A DNA stretch of 64,000 bases from Myxococcaceae bacterium (lineage in GTDB: Bacteria > Myxococcota > Myxococcia > Myxococcales > Myxococcaceae), in NCBI GenBank assembly GCA_041739845.1, contig JBGSMZ010000139.1, positions 19,559 through 83,558 of the forward strand, read 5' to 3'. Under the pieces are notes generated by a model. It was not told where the DNA came from. It searched no databases and worked only from the letters and a program-made list of their open reading frames with translations. The position numbers were made by a program, and so were the translations under genes. Shown here in pieces: positions 11,801-19,876 of the stretch (position 1 is the first letter of the stretch; each line of letters begins with the position of its first letter).

Positions 11801-11852
11801 ATTTTTGAACGAACCGGCCTTCGTCATCCACTTCAGCATTGGGTACTTCTAG
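8811..11852 (+). CDS. bamA: Omp85-family outer membrane protein assembly factor (BamA-like, about 7 POTRA repeats)
   Basis: ATG at 8811 (MGIAVLVASLLAGASAP signal-like N-terminus) overlaps the tamB stop (8818-8820). About seven successive ~75-80 aa POTRA-like units each end in ...SEG/QEG/RERP. The C-terminal Bac_surface_Ag barrel contains RFFLGGSTSIRGF and ends ...HFSIGYF. The listed 8625 start is an over-extension. Confidence 0.8.
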   Translation: MGIAVLVASLLAGASAPSEDAPLVQHIFYSVVPAVNDSAVAEDQLRRLTSVPLGSPLSPREVSQSIAAITATGRYAEVVAEATRVGTGVDVTFRLRPIGRIDLVRFFGAKALSKEALASVVRLELGSEYWPERIPKAISAISQAYRRRGYELVRTVPHVEEYGARVAIVFTISEGVPSTIKELRFAGDLGLDEGDLRNALPLKVGDVLDRSRLEDGLDAVRALYRERKYYGARVFPVQVSTDGHVLISVRAGPPYEVVFSGNHAFSDVALRSVLAYRGEETIDAAVVESLAQRLKRFYRFHGFHDVLVDGSQALRPDGSSAAIGFAIQEGQLLRVSHFTFKGNKAIPSEELKTQVERAVESGTPETDFDVRATDDPLGLAGKSGAPIGAEMPQTAFAGVYEESAWTEAIKAMRALYASRGFLRVKVELADVAVGQDGIGSATFSISEGPQAFVRDVEIKGLPPNFQSSALRQFISGQAGFNSERLERMRKQLLQELRRDGYAFAQLNATHEVDASSNWVDCSVTITANVQVRIQAILLVGNSHTVERVIRNQVAFEVGQIFNFEDLLKTQTNLLALGLFRSVEVEMLSPSEISDRKPVLITVRERPRFSANFGIGYFLAVGPRLVADFAASNLGGQGLNLTGHAELDVVSASQPVLTRVIDLSDLPPWEQIGAQANLSLQSRSLLPSPFGLRVDTVFDRVFRSQFRFNRVALSPSIDWTRLFQIPALPSLSPSLSLALRYELEYSYVQQTKSSLVLEVPTTNLQDQQRLRFLFGAFLLQSGRFTATLDLRDNALYPHLGLLVQGNVELTGAIQARDQALKPVTVSFVKTSGLVSAYIPFGPRVTLALSARGGRIFSLAPDSVTPPVRRFFLGGSTSIRGFNEDQLLAEDLRAQYRSEAQACRRLTISDGCTGAAAAIGAGQQVPSQGGELFALFKSELRFPIVGPIAGGVFFEAGNLWLANPGTIASLRYVVGGGIRYASPIGALALDVGANLFPDIFLNEPAFVIHFSIGYF

Positions 11853-11864
11853 CTTGAGATTGCT

Positions 11865-13151
11865 CTAGCCGCCCCAATCTGGGGTGTCTTCTCCGCCTGG
11901 TTTCATAGGGAGTGGCAGCTGGTTTTCACCGTCAGGCGTCATCACATAGAGCTGCTTCTGCCCGGAGCGCGTAGAGGTGAACATGATGAGGCGTCCGGTC
12001 GGAGAGAACGTTGGCTCCTCATTGCTTCCGCTGTTCTGCGTGAGGCGCGTAATCGCTAGCGTATTGACGTTCACCGTGAAGATGTCGAACACCCCGCGTT
12101 CATCGCGACCGGTGAACGCTATCAAATCGCCGCGAGGACTCAGCGAAGGTGTCTGATTATACTTCCCCTGAAAGGTAAGGCGGCGAACTTCGCTGCCATC
12201 CGCATTCATCATGTATATTTGTGGGGTTCCAGCTCTATTCGAAACGAAGGCCAGCGTCTGCCCGTCGGCGGCCCAGGAAGGACTGGTATTCAAGAAGTAG
12301 CTCGTCGCCGTCGTCGGGCGCAGCTTGGTTCCATCCGCATTACCCACCCAAATTTCAGCGCTTTCTTCCGTCGTCACCGCGACGGCCAGGCGACTTCCAT
12401 CGCGCCTGAATGCCACTCCGGTTGCCAGCGAACCCTCCCGGACGAGCGGACGCCCTTGCCCGCCACCAAATCCGGTGAGGTACACCCAGGCACCTCGCCC
12501 TTTGTAGGCGGTGTATGCGACTCCTTCGTTTGCCTTGATCGCCGGGAGGACATTGAGACCTGAACTGGTGAGTTGCTTCGCATCAGAACCATCCCAATCA
12601 CTCACCCAAATGTTGCGTCCTGATTTCGACGGCCTCGTAAAGGTGATCTTCGTCTCGAATGGCCCCTTTTCATTTATCAGCGACGCATAGAGCCCTTCGG
12701 CGAGTGCATGGGCGAGCTTTCGCGGAGTCCTCATCGGAGCCTCCGCTCGTATCTTCAACTGTTCGAACCCGCTTCCCACGCTGAACAACGCGAGCGTCCC
12801 TCGGAGCATGCCGTCGCTCGTGGTGAGCGCGATCTTGATGAGCCCTTCGGCACCCACGTCGCGCCACGCAGAAAAGGCGATATCCGCCGCGTCCATTCCT
12901 TCCGTCGCCGGTGCCAAGTAGCTCCGCCGATCGAGGAGCTTGAAAATACCGGAGGCTGCAATATCGAAAGCCATCGCCGCTTCGAATTCGGGGAGCGCCG
13001 CGGTGGCCCCCGGATCTCCCGTCTGCGGGGCCGGGAACGCCACCGGCATTGGGCGGAATTTGGCACCAGAAATTTCGATTACCTTTTGCTGGGCTCGGAC
13101 TGGCGCTGAGATCAACGTCACTGCCAATGCGAACCACGTTCGAGTATGCAT
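11865..13151 (-). CDS. tolB: Tol-Pal system beta-propeller protein TolB
   Basis: Signal peptide MHTRTWFALAVTLISAPVRAQQ. Repeated PD40/WD40-like units are present (PSWAADGQTLAFVSNRAGTPQIYMMNADGSEVRRLT, PSLSPRGDLIAFTGRD..., PTFSPTGRLIMFTSTRSG..QLYVM). Confidence 0.9.
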   Translation of the reverse strand: MHTRTWFALAVTLISAPVRAQQKVIEISGAKFRPMPVAFPAPQTGDPGATAALPEFEAAMAFDIAASGIFKLLDRRSYLAPATEGMDAADIAFSAWRDVGAEGLIKIALTTSDGMLRGTLALFSVGSGFEQLKIRAEAPMRTPRKLAHALAEGLYASLINEKGPFETKITFTRPSKSGRNIWVSDWDGSDAKQLTSSGLNVLPAIKANEGVAYTAYKGRGAWVYLTGFGGGQGRPLVREGSLATGVAFRRDGSRLAVAVTTEESAEIWVGNADGTKLRPTTATSYFLNTSPSWAADGQTLAFVSNRAGTPQIYMMNADGSEVRRLTFQGKYNQTPSLSPRGDLIAFTGRDERGVFDIFTVNVNTLAITRLTQNSGSNEEPTFSPTGRLIMFTSTRSGQKQLYVMTPDGENQLPLPMKPGGEDTPDWGG

Positions 13152-13168
13152 AGCGCAAGCTCCTTAAA

Positions 13169-13942
13169 TCACTTTGTTGCTCTGAACTTGAAAACGACCC
13201 CTTCTCTTTCAAGTTCGTCCTTCAGGTGTGCCGGAGGTGGCGTGAAGGGTGCTGCCTTCCTGATGGCCAGCATCACCGCGCTATCGAAGAGACTGTTTCC
13301 TGAAGCGTTTGCGAGTTCTACCTTGAGGATGCCGCCAGTTCCATTGATCCACAGAGCGACATCCGCAGTCAGCGAACGCCTCTGCGCTTCAGGAATGGTC
13401 GCTGAGACATCATAGTTTCGATCGATCACCGATTTGAGGAGCCCGTAGTAGCGCTCCCCCTCTTGTTTCGCAGCGTTTCCGTCGGGGTCTCCATCCGGAG
13501 AACCTTCGACGTCGGGACGACCGATGCGCGCAAAGGCGTCTCGGAGCGCCTGTTGATCGCCCTTGGAGGTATTCTCTTGAGGTTTCTCGGCTCCCTGAGG
13601 CGGCGGAATCGGAGGAGGCGGAAGCAAAGAGGGTTCAGGCGGTGCTGGAGCCTCCGACTCCTTTGCCGGGGCTGGTGCAGTCGCCTGAACTTCCGGTGCA
13701 GCTTTCGTCGGCAGCAGCTTTTCGTCCCTCGGCTTCCCCAGGCGCACCAACGAGGCCTGGATAGGCTTCGGCTCCAACTGAAACCTTGAATCAACGAGGC
13801 GAGCGCTCACCCATGCGCCGATGCCTAGGAGGATGAGATGCCCGATGACAGAAGCGACGATGTAGGGGCTGATGCGCTGCCCTGGCGCGACATGCGCATT
13901 TGCCCTGTCGTCCGTCGACACGTCGAATCCTTGCGCCGTCAA
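13169..13942 (-). CDS. TolA-like protein (TM anchor, Pro-rich spacer, TonB_C/TolA_III-like C-terminus)
   Basis: N-terminal TM (PYIVASVIGHLILLGIGAWV), a Pro/Ala/Glu-rich linker, and a C-terminus with SGNSLFDSAVMLAIRKAAPFTPPP. It sits between tolR and tolB. Confidence 0.7.
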   Translation of the reverse strand: MTAQGFDVSTDDRANAHVAPGQRISPYIVASVIGHLILLGIGAWVSARLVDSRFQLEPKPIQASLVRLGKPRDEKLLPTKAAPEVQATAPAPAKESEAPAPPEPSLLPPPPIPPPQGAEKPQENTSKGDQQALRDAFARIGRPDVEGSPDGDPDGNAAKQEGERYYGLLKSVIDRNYDVSATIPEAQRRSLTADVALWINGTGGILKVELANASGNSLFDSAVMLAIRKAAPFTPPPAHLKDELEREGVVFKFRATK

Positions 13943-14367
13943 CGCTTTTCGCCGCCCTGTGGAGAGGGGTTGGTGAGCATTCCCACTTTGTCAATTCCAG
14001 CCCGCTGGGCTGCCGCCATGACTTCCACCACGACCCCGTAAGCAAGGGTGCGGTCGGCTTGGAGATACACTTCCTTATCCTGTTGCGCTTTGGCGTTGCT
14101 CTTGAGCTTCTCCTCCAGCGCATCGAGCGGGACTTGGACCTTGCCGATGTAGGCGACCCGATCCGCAGAAATGGAAATGACCAGCTTTTCTTCGCTCGAT
14201 CGCACCGGTGCAGCCGCCGCGCGCGGGAGATCGACGTCGACCCCTTGCTGAATGAGCGGTGTCGTGACCATGAAGATGATGAGCAACACGAGCATCACGT
14301 CGACCAAGGGGGTGACGTTGATTTCGCTCATCGTCGTTCGCGCTGACCGTCCTGAAGGTGCTCCCAT
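13939..14367 (-). CDS. tolR: Biopolymer transport protein TolR/ExbD
   Basis: MSEINVTPLVDVMLVLLIIFMVT, the hallmark ExbD/TolR TM segment. There is a 4-nt overlap with the downstream tolA-like gene. Confidence 0.85.
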   Translation of the reverse strand: MGAPSGRSARTTMSEINVTPLVDVMLVLLIIFMVTTPLIQQGVDVDLPRAAAAPVRSSEEKLVISISADRVAYIGKVQVPLDALEEKLKSNAKAQQDKEVYLQADRTLAYGVVVEVMAAAQRAGIDKVGMLTNPSPQGGEKR

Positions 14368-14378
14368 CGTCGCTCACC

Positions 14379-15065
14379 TCATCGGAAGAAGTGGCGCTTC
14401 ACGATATTGAGAAAATCGCTCGAGAAATTCGCCATGTCCGCATCAAAAACGCGCACCCGTGAAACGTAGGAGTTGTACGCAATGACCGCAGGAATCGCGG
14501 CAAACAAACCGATGGCCGTCGCCAAGAGTGCGCTTCCAATCGGGCCCGCAACCGTTGCAATGGTCGCGTTTCCCTTCTCTGCAATCTGGTTGAATGCTCC
14601 CAGAATTCCCATCACCGTGCCAAACAATCCGACGAAAGGGGAAGTGCTCCCAATCGTTCCGAGAAACGCAACGTGGGCCTCGAGGTTCGTGATTTCCACC
14701 ATCGACGCTCGACCGAGCGAGCGTTCGACGTTTTCAATACCGCTGATACGCGTCGCGCTTCCCTCCGCTTCGCCATTCTTGTTCGCCAGCTTTGTAAGTT
14801 CCTCGTAGCCAGCGCGAAACACCCGGGCCACCGGAGACTTCTCCAGGGACACTGATTTTTCGTAAATCTTGTCGAGGCGCGTGGAATTCCAAAAGACGTC
14901 GAGGAAGGCGTCGGTTTCTCGGCGCGCCGAGCGAAGTTGTGCAGACTTCATCGCGATCAGCGCCCAGGAGTAGGTTGAGGCAACGCCCAGCAAGAGGAGC
15001 ACCGCAAGTTCGATGGGCGAGGCGGTGCGCAGCGAGCTGAGGAGATTCAAGGATGCGAGAACCAT
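14379..15065 (-). CDS. tolQ: MotA/TolQ/ExbB proton-channel protein
   Basis: 228 aa with three TMs and a GTIGSTSPFVGLFGTVMGILGAF...ATVAGPIGSALLATAIGLFAAIPAVIAYN signature. It is the first gene of the tolQRAB order. Confidence 0.85.
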   Translation of the reverse strand: MVLASLNLLSSLRTASPIELAVLLLLGVASTYSWALIAMKSAQLRSARRETDAFLDVFWNSTRLDKIYEKSVSLEKSPVARVFRAGYEELTKLANKNGEAEGSATRISGIENVERSLGRASMVEITNLEAHVAFLGTIGSTSPFVGLFGTVMGILGAFNQIAEKGNATIATVAGPIGSALLATAIGLFAAIPAVIAYNSYVSRVRVFDADMANFSSDFLNIVKRHFFR

Positions 15066-15134
15066 TCTGGCCGATGCAGTACCACTGTGCCTCTTGCTCC
15101 AGCAAGGCTGTCACCGTGAACCATGCACGTGCAT

Positions 15135-15812
15135 TCAAAGCAAATGGCGTTCCTCCATGGATACGTAGCCCCCCTCGCTCACCACGAGATGGTCGAGCAC
15201 ACGAATGCAGACGATTTCAGCCGCTCGCTTGAGGCGTTGGGTGAGCGCCAAGTCCTGGGAAGACGGTTCGCATTCCCCGGAAGGGTGGTTGTGAACGAGT
15301 GCAATGGCGCTCGCGCGGCAACAGATCGCCGGCGCCAATACTTCGCGCGGGTCGACATGGCATTGGTCGGCAGTTCCAACAGCGACGCGCGCGTGCCGCA
15401 AAAGCGTGTGGCGGCTGTTGAGGCACAACACATGAAACTCTTCGCGGCTCCGCCACGCGGCCCGAGCTACGACCCACGCCCAGATAGCCTGCGGCGAATC
15501 GAGCCGCAGTCTTCCCTTTGCAGGGCTGTGCTGGAGCCGACGCGCAAATTCGAGTCCCGCAGTGACCTGGGCCGCGACGCGCATTGGAAGCGCGGGAATC
15601 GAGAGGATTCCTTCGAGTGACATCTGCGCCAGCCCCAGAAGTCCGGTCGTTGCTACTGTGTCGAAGACCGCTGCGTCGGCGACTCCACACAAAACTCCCA
15701 CGAGCTCTCGATCCGTGAGCCGCTCTGCCTCCCCTTGGAGAAGGCGTCGCAGGAGCGCTGACTCCTGCTGCGAGCCTCGCTTCTGCGCAATCTCACCGTT
15801 CTGGTTCCGCAT
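15135..15812 (-). CDS. radC: RadC-family JAB/MPN domain protein
   Basis: C-terminal JAMM motif HNHPSGECEPSSQDLALTQRL and an N-terminal HhH-like region (ELVGVLCG). Confidence 0.85.
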   Translation of the reverse strand: MRNQNGEIAQKRGSQQESALLRRLLQGEAERLTDRELVGVLCGVADAAVFDTVATTGLLGLAQMSLEGILSIPALPMRVAAQVTAGLEFARRLQHSPAKGRLRLDSPQAIWAWVVARAAWRSREEFHVLCLNSRHTLLRHARVAVGTADQCHVDPREVLAPAICCRASAIALVHNHPSGECEPSSQDLALTQRLKRAAEIVCIRVLDHLVVSEGGYVSMEERHLL

Positions 15813-15845
15813 CGGAGAATTGTCTCGAGCATCAACTAGGCCAAT

Positions 15846-16799
15846 TCAACGAAAGTGAAGGAAGGGCTGCGCTTCAAAGCGCGCACCATCGACGGTCACC
15901 CGCGGCGCGCGGCGCGAATGCGCCTTCAGTTCACCTATGAAATGCGGGATTTTCCCGACTCGCGCGAGGGCACGTCTGAGCGCGAGTCGACGACCCGGCG
16001 CCACTGCACCCAAAACGACATAGTCTTCACCTCCGATGAGCGCGAAGTTCCTCGAACGAGGTCCAGCGAATGCTCGCAAGGCGCGGCTCTGCGGGACTGC
16101 AGCACTCGAAACGTCGACCGCGACCTCGGAAGCGACGCAGAGGTGCTCGAGATCGGGGATGAGGCCATCGGAAACGTCGATAGCGGCGCGCAGGTAGCCT
16201 CCCGCGACCTGCATCCACGGCAAAGCTGGCTGCGGGCGTCGCTGGGCCCTGATCAGGGCCCCACCAGTCGCAGATCTCGATTTCAATTGCGAAAGACCGG
16301 CGGCGGCGTCACCGAGGGGCCCCGAAACGCACACCCAGTCACCGACTCGGGCGCCGGAACGCAGCAGGGGCCGCTGCACCGAACCCCAAGCCGTTATGGT
16401 CACCGTAAGGCCCGGGGACCGAACGATGTTTCCTCCGATGAGCCGAATGGCAAAGCGATCGGCGAGGGCCGCCATCCCGCGCCCGAGCGCCCCAGCCTTC
16501 GCAGGGGAAAAGGTGCGCGGCAGTCCGAGCGCGCACAAAAACCACCGCGGCTGCGCACCCATGGCGGCGAGATCGGAAAGATTTACTGCAAGCGCTTTGT
16601 GGCCGATGTCCCCGAGGGAAAATGTCTCAGAGGTAAAGTGCACACCTTCCACGACGGCATCGGTAGTCACCACTCCGTTCGGCAGCGACGTCACCACCGC
16701 CGCATCATCTCCAGGCCCAAAAGGAGAAGAGGGAACGTGAAAGGGAGCAATGAAGGCATCCAGCAAGCGAAACTCGCCCCTCGATTGAGGCCGCTTCAC
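15846..16799 (-). CDS. thiL: Thiamine-monophosphate kinase
   Basis: AIR-synthase-like fold with GEFRLLDAF...GPGDDAAVV...VVTTDAVVEGVHF...IGHKALAVNLSDLAAMGA. The proposed start is GTG at 16799, which overlaps the cls TGA (GTGA) and puts GEF at residue ~8 as in E. coli ThiL. The listed 17018 start would overlap cls by >200 nt. Confidence 0.8.
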   Translation of the reverse strand: MKRPQSRGEFRLLDAFIAPFHVPSSPFGPGDDAAVVTSLPNGVVTTDAVVEGVHFTSETFSLGDIGHKALAVNLSDLAAMGAQPRWFLCALGLPRTFSPAKAGALGRGMAALADRFAIRLIGGNIVRSPGLTVTITAWGSVQRPLLRSGARVGDWVCVSGPLGDAAAGLSQLKSRSATGGALIRAQRRPQPALPWMQVAGGYLRAAIDVSDGLIPDLEHLCVASEVAVDVSSAAVPQSRALRAFAGPRSRNFALIGGEDYVVLGAVAPGRRLALRRALARVGKIPHFIGELKAHSRRAPRVTVDGARFEAQPFLHFR

Positions 16800-17986
16800 A
16801 GCCACCGACGAAACCTGTACGCGAGGATGCTCGCCGCCCGCTGAATCATGCCCCATTGAAGGGTGCTTTTGACGGTGATCCGTGTGCATTCTTGGAGGTC
16901 CTCTTCGAACATCCGCGCCAGGCCTTCGGCGACGATGCGATCGCGGAATACCGCGTTTACCTCCAAGTTTTCGCGCAACGACAAGGCGTCGAAATTGGCG
17001 CTTCCTATGGTTGCCCACTCACCGTCCACCACTGCGGTTTTCGCGTGAAGGACAGGGCGGCTTGAGGAACCGCCTTGAGGCCCATTCCATTCATACACCT
17101 CCATTCCGTGGCGGAGTAGCCGAGGATAGAGTCCCCGTGCTGCGTGGAGCGGCCAGGGGGTGTCGGTGGTTCCTCCCAGGATTACCGCGACCCGAACCCC
17201 TCGTCGCAGTGCCGCGAATAATGCCCGAAGCGTTCTCCGGGGAGGAACAAAATAGGCCTGGGTGAGCAAGATTCGCTCTTTCGCAGCGGCGAAGGTCCGC
17301 AAGAATTCGCGTCGTAAATTGCGGCGAGCGGGATGAAACTCATTCGAAAGGAATCGGAGCCGCGGGTTGCTGGCGATTCCAGTCTGAAGGAAGCGTTTGG
17401 CATCGTAGGGAGGTCCCCTTTCATGGGACCAAATCGCCAAGAACTGCTGCTCGAGCACCCGCGCAGCAGTCCCTGCCACCCGGACCTGCGTATCACGCCA
17501 ACCCATGCCTCCATCGTTCGCGGGGGCGTAGTCGTTGCTAATGTTCATCCCTCCGGTGAACGCGAGCCTTCCATCGACGATCAGCGTCTTGCGGTGGTTT
17601 CTGCGGAATAGCGCGCGCACGATCTTCTTTGAAACGACGTCAAATCGAAGGGGACGAAACGGGAGAACGCGCACCCCCGCCGATCGCAGTCTGTCAATAG
17701 AGGCAGCCGAAACCGACGAACCAAACGCGTCGAACATCAGGAGCGCTTCTACCCCTGCGCGGGCCCGTTCTTTCATCGCGTCCAAGAAGCGATTTCCCCA
17801 TTCATCGAGGCGAAGAATGTAGGTTTCAAGGCAAATGGTTTGCCGGGCTCCGGCGATCGCAGCGAGCATCGCGGGATAGGCCTGCGCCCCATCCTTGAGG
17901 ATTGTTACCCGATCCAAGCCGATCGCAGCCTCCAGGAAATGGGCAGGGGAGGAAGCTGCGTCGATAGGTATTGGTTGCCGAGTCAC
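16796..17986 (-). CDS. cls: Phospholipase D-family cardiolipin synthase (ClsB-like, no N-terminal TMs)
   Basis: Two HKD motifs are present: HRKTLIVDGRLAFTGGMNISNDY and HAKTAVVDGEWATIGSANFDALS. Confidence 0.85.
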   Translation of the reverse strand: MTRQPIPIDAASSPAHFLEAAIGLDRVTILKDGAQAYPAMLAAIAGARQTICLETYILRLDEWGNRFLDAMKERARAGVEALLMFDAFGSSVSAASIDRLRSAGVRVLPFRPLRFDVVSKKIVRALFRRNHRKTLIVDGRLAFTGGMNISNDYAPANDGGMGWRDTQVRVAGTAARVLEQQFLAIWSHERGPPYDAKRFLQTGIASNPRLRFLSNEFHPARRNLRREFLRTFAAAKERILLTQAYFVPPRRTLRALFAALRRGVRVAVILGGTTDTPWPLHAARGLYPRLLRHGMEVYEWNGPQGGSSSRPVLHAKTAVVDGEWATIGSANFDALSLRENLEVNAVFRDRIVAEGLARMFEEDLQECTRITVKSTLQWGMIQRAASILAYRFRRWL

Positions 17987-19797
17987 CTGACCAATATATC
18001 TGCGTTTCCGCCGAAGTTCGGATTGGCGTTGCCGGAAGAACGCTTGGAACTTCCCGCCTCGAGCATCGCCGCATATCTCCCACCGGCGGCGGCGAGTGCC
18101 TCGTGGCTTCCCGCTTCAACGATGGTGCCAGACTCGAAGACGTAGATAGCATCGGCTTCTCGCACCGTCGCCAGGCGGTGCGCCACGACGATCGTCGTGG
18201 CCCGACCTCGCGCCGCCTTCAACCCATCCTGTACGGCGGATTCGGTCTCCAGATCGAGCGCACTCGTCGGTTCATCGAGAAGGAGAATCGGCGCATCGAT
18301 GAGCAGGGCCCGCGCAATGGCGATGCGCTGGCGCTGCCCGCCGGAGAGCCGCAAACCACGCTCGCCGACCTCCGCGTCGAGACGTCCTGGAACTGCTGCG
18401 ACGAAATCGGCCGCATGGGCGCGTTTCAATGCAGTCCAAATCGCATCGTCCGATGCCTCGGCGACTCCCAAACAAACGTTGTGCCGAATGGTCCCGGAGA
18501 GCAGAACCGGTTCCTGCGGCACCCAGGCGAGCTGCGCTCGGCGCGAGGCGAGATCGTACGCCTGGAGGGGTGTGCCATCCCACAGGATTTCGCCCTCGCT
18601 GACTTCGGTCAAGCCGAGGAGGAGCGCAAGAATGCTCGTCTTCCCGCCGCCGCTCGGGCCGACGAGAGCGACCGTCGATCCCACCGGGATAGCGAAGGTA
18701 ACTCCCGCGAGCGCAGGGTGTTCTCCATACCGCAGTCCCACTGACGCAAACGCGAGTTCGGAGCGCAGCGGCGGACAAGGAGCAGCCCTATTCGGCGCAA
18801 GTGGAGCATCGAGGATCTCAAAGAGGCGTGCGATGGAGGGGCGCGCGCGTGCCAACTCGGACCACGTCTGGGCCAGTCCTTTCACCGGCTGGTACATCCA
18901 GAGGACCGCTGCAAAAAACGTCCCCAACGTAGCCGCCAAACTTGGATTTCGCGCGACCGCTCCCGCGCCCACTACGATGCAGACTGCAAGTGCGCCCACG
19001 CCGAGCAGTTCCGTCGACGGAGTAAAAGCGCCGCGAATGAGGAGCGAGCGTTTTGCAGCAGCGAGAAAGCGTCCCTGTTCCGCGTCGAAACGCGCGAGCG
19101 TAGCGCTCTCGCTGCGGTAGGCTTGGACGATTGGAAGATTGTGAACTTGCTCCGAGCTCAAGGAGGTCAAGGCTCCCAACGAAGCCTGGCTGGCCCGCGC
19201 GGCGCGCTTCGCCCACCGCGCAAAGGTAGTCACTGGAATCACCGTCGCTGGAACTGCGACGAAAGCGATGAGGAAGAGCGTTCGGTCGGTAACGAAGCAC
19301 AAGACCATCAGCGCGATGACTTGGAGCGCATCTTTGATGATGGCAGCGTACGCATGCGCTGATGCAAATTCGACAATTCCCAAATCGCTTGAAAAGCGCG
19401 CCAATAACTCGCCAGAATGATGCCGTTGGTGCCAGTGCGGCGGGAGTCGCAGCAAATGCTCATGAAGCTCGGAGCGAAGGTCTCCAATGACGCGCTGGCC
19501 CACCGTAGCCATCAGGCTGGCGTTCGCCCAGCCGGCGCCGGCTTTGACGATTGCGAGCGACACGAGGATCGTTGGCACCTTCCAAGAAAGTGCGTTCGCC
19601 GAGATGGTCCAACTCCCCCAGCGGACCGGGTGGCCATGAAGGAGCGATGCAAGCAACGGCCCCAAAAGCGAACTCGACCCGGCGATTGCGACCGCTGCCA
19701 ACAATGCAAAGACAACTGCAGCCGCGATGCGTCCGGATTGCGCGGACGAGCGCTCGCGCAGTCGACTCCAATCGGCTTCCGGTGATTGCATGTTCAT
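17983..19797 (-). CDS. msbA: ABC exporter, fused permease/ATPase (MsbA-like lipid flippase family)
   Basis: Six-TM ABC_membrane domain followed by Walker A GPSGGGKTS, signature LSGGQRQRIAIARALL and Walker B ILLLDEPTSALD. The stop overlaps the cls start by 4 nt. Confidence 0.8.
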   Translation of the reverse strand: MNMQSPEADWSRLRERSSAQSGRIAAAVVFALLAAVAIAGSSSLLGPLLASLLHGHPVRWGSWTISANALSWKVPTILVSLAIVKAGAGWANASLMATVGQRVIGDLRSELHEHLLRLPPHWHQRHHSGELLARFSSDLGIVEFASAHAYAAIIKDALQVIALMVLCFVTDRTLFLIAFVAVPATVIPVTTFARWAKRAARASQASLGALTSLSSEQVHNLPIVQAYRSESATLARFDAEQGRFLAAAKRSLLIRGAFTPSTELLGVGALAVCIVVGAGAVARNPSLAATLGTFFAAVLWMYQPVKGLAQTWSELARARPSIARLFEILDAPLAPNRAAPCPPLRSELAFASVGLRYGEHPALAGVTFAIPVGSTVALVGPSGGGKTSILALLLGLTEVSEGEILWDGTPLQAYDLASRRAQLAWVPQEPVLLSGTIRHNVCLGVAEASDDAIWTALKRAHAADFVAAVPGRLDAEVGERGLRLSGGQRQRIAIARALLIDAPILLLDEPTSALDLETESAVQDGLKAARGRATTIVVAHRLATVREADAIYVFESGTIVEAGSHEALAAAGGRYAAMLEAGSSKRSSGNANPNFGGNADILVR

Positions 19798-19876
19798 TGA
19801 AGTGAACCTTTGATGCAGACGAGCTACCCAAACGATTGCCCCCGCCTAGTCCTGCGTTATAGGAGGTTGTCAGCGA

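Noticed and set aside
15123-15134. Perfect 12-bp palindrome ATGCACGTGCAT between the radC stop and tolQ (CACGTG core, superficially parS-like).
   Set aside because: 12-bp palindromes are expected more than 10 times by chance in a window this size, and the flanks do not match the parS consensus.
19836-19863. TTGCCC-16-TATAGG as the dnaJ promoter. Also looked for CIRCE or sigma32 elements.
   Set aside because: The -10 candidate overlaps the AGGAGG ribosome-binding site, which would leave no leader. No CIRCE inverted repeat (TTAGCACTC-N9-GAGTGCTAA) is present.
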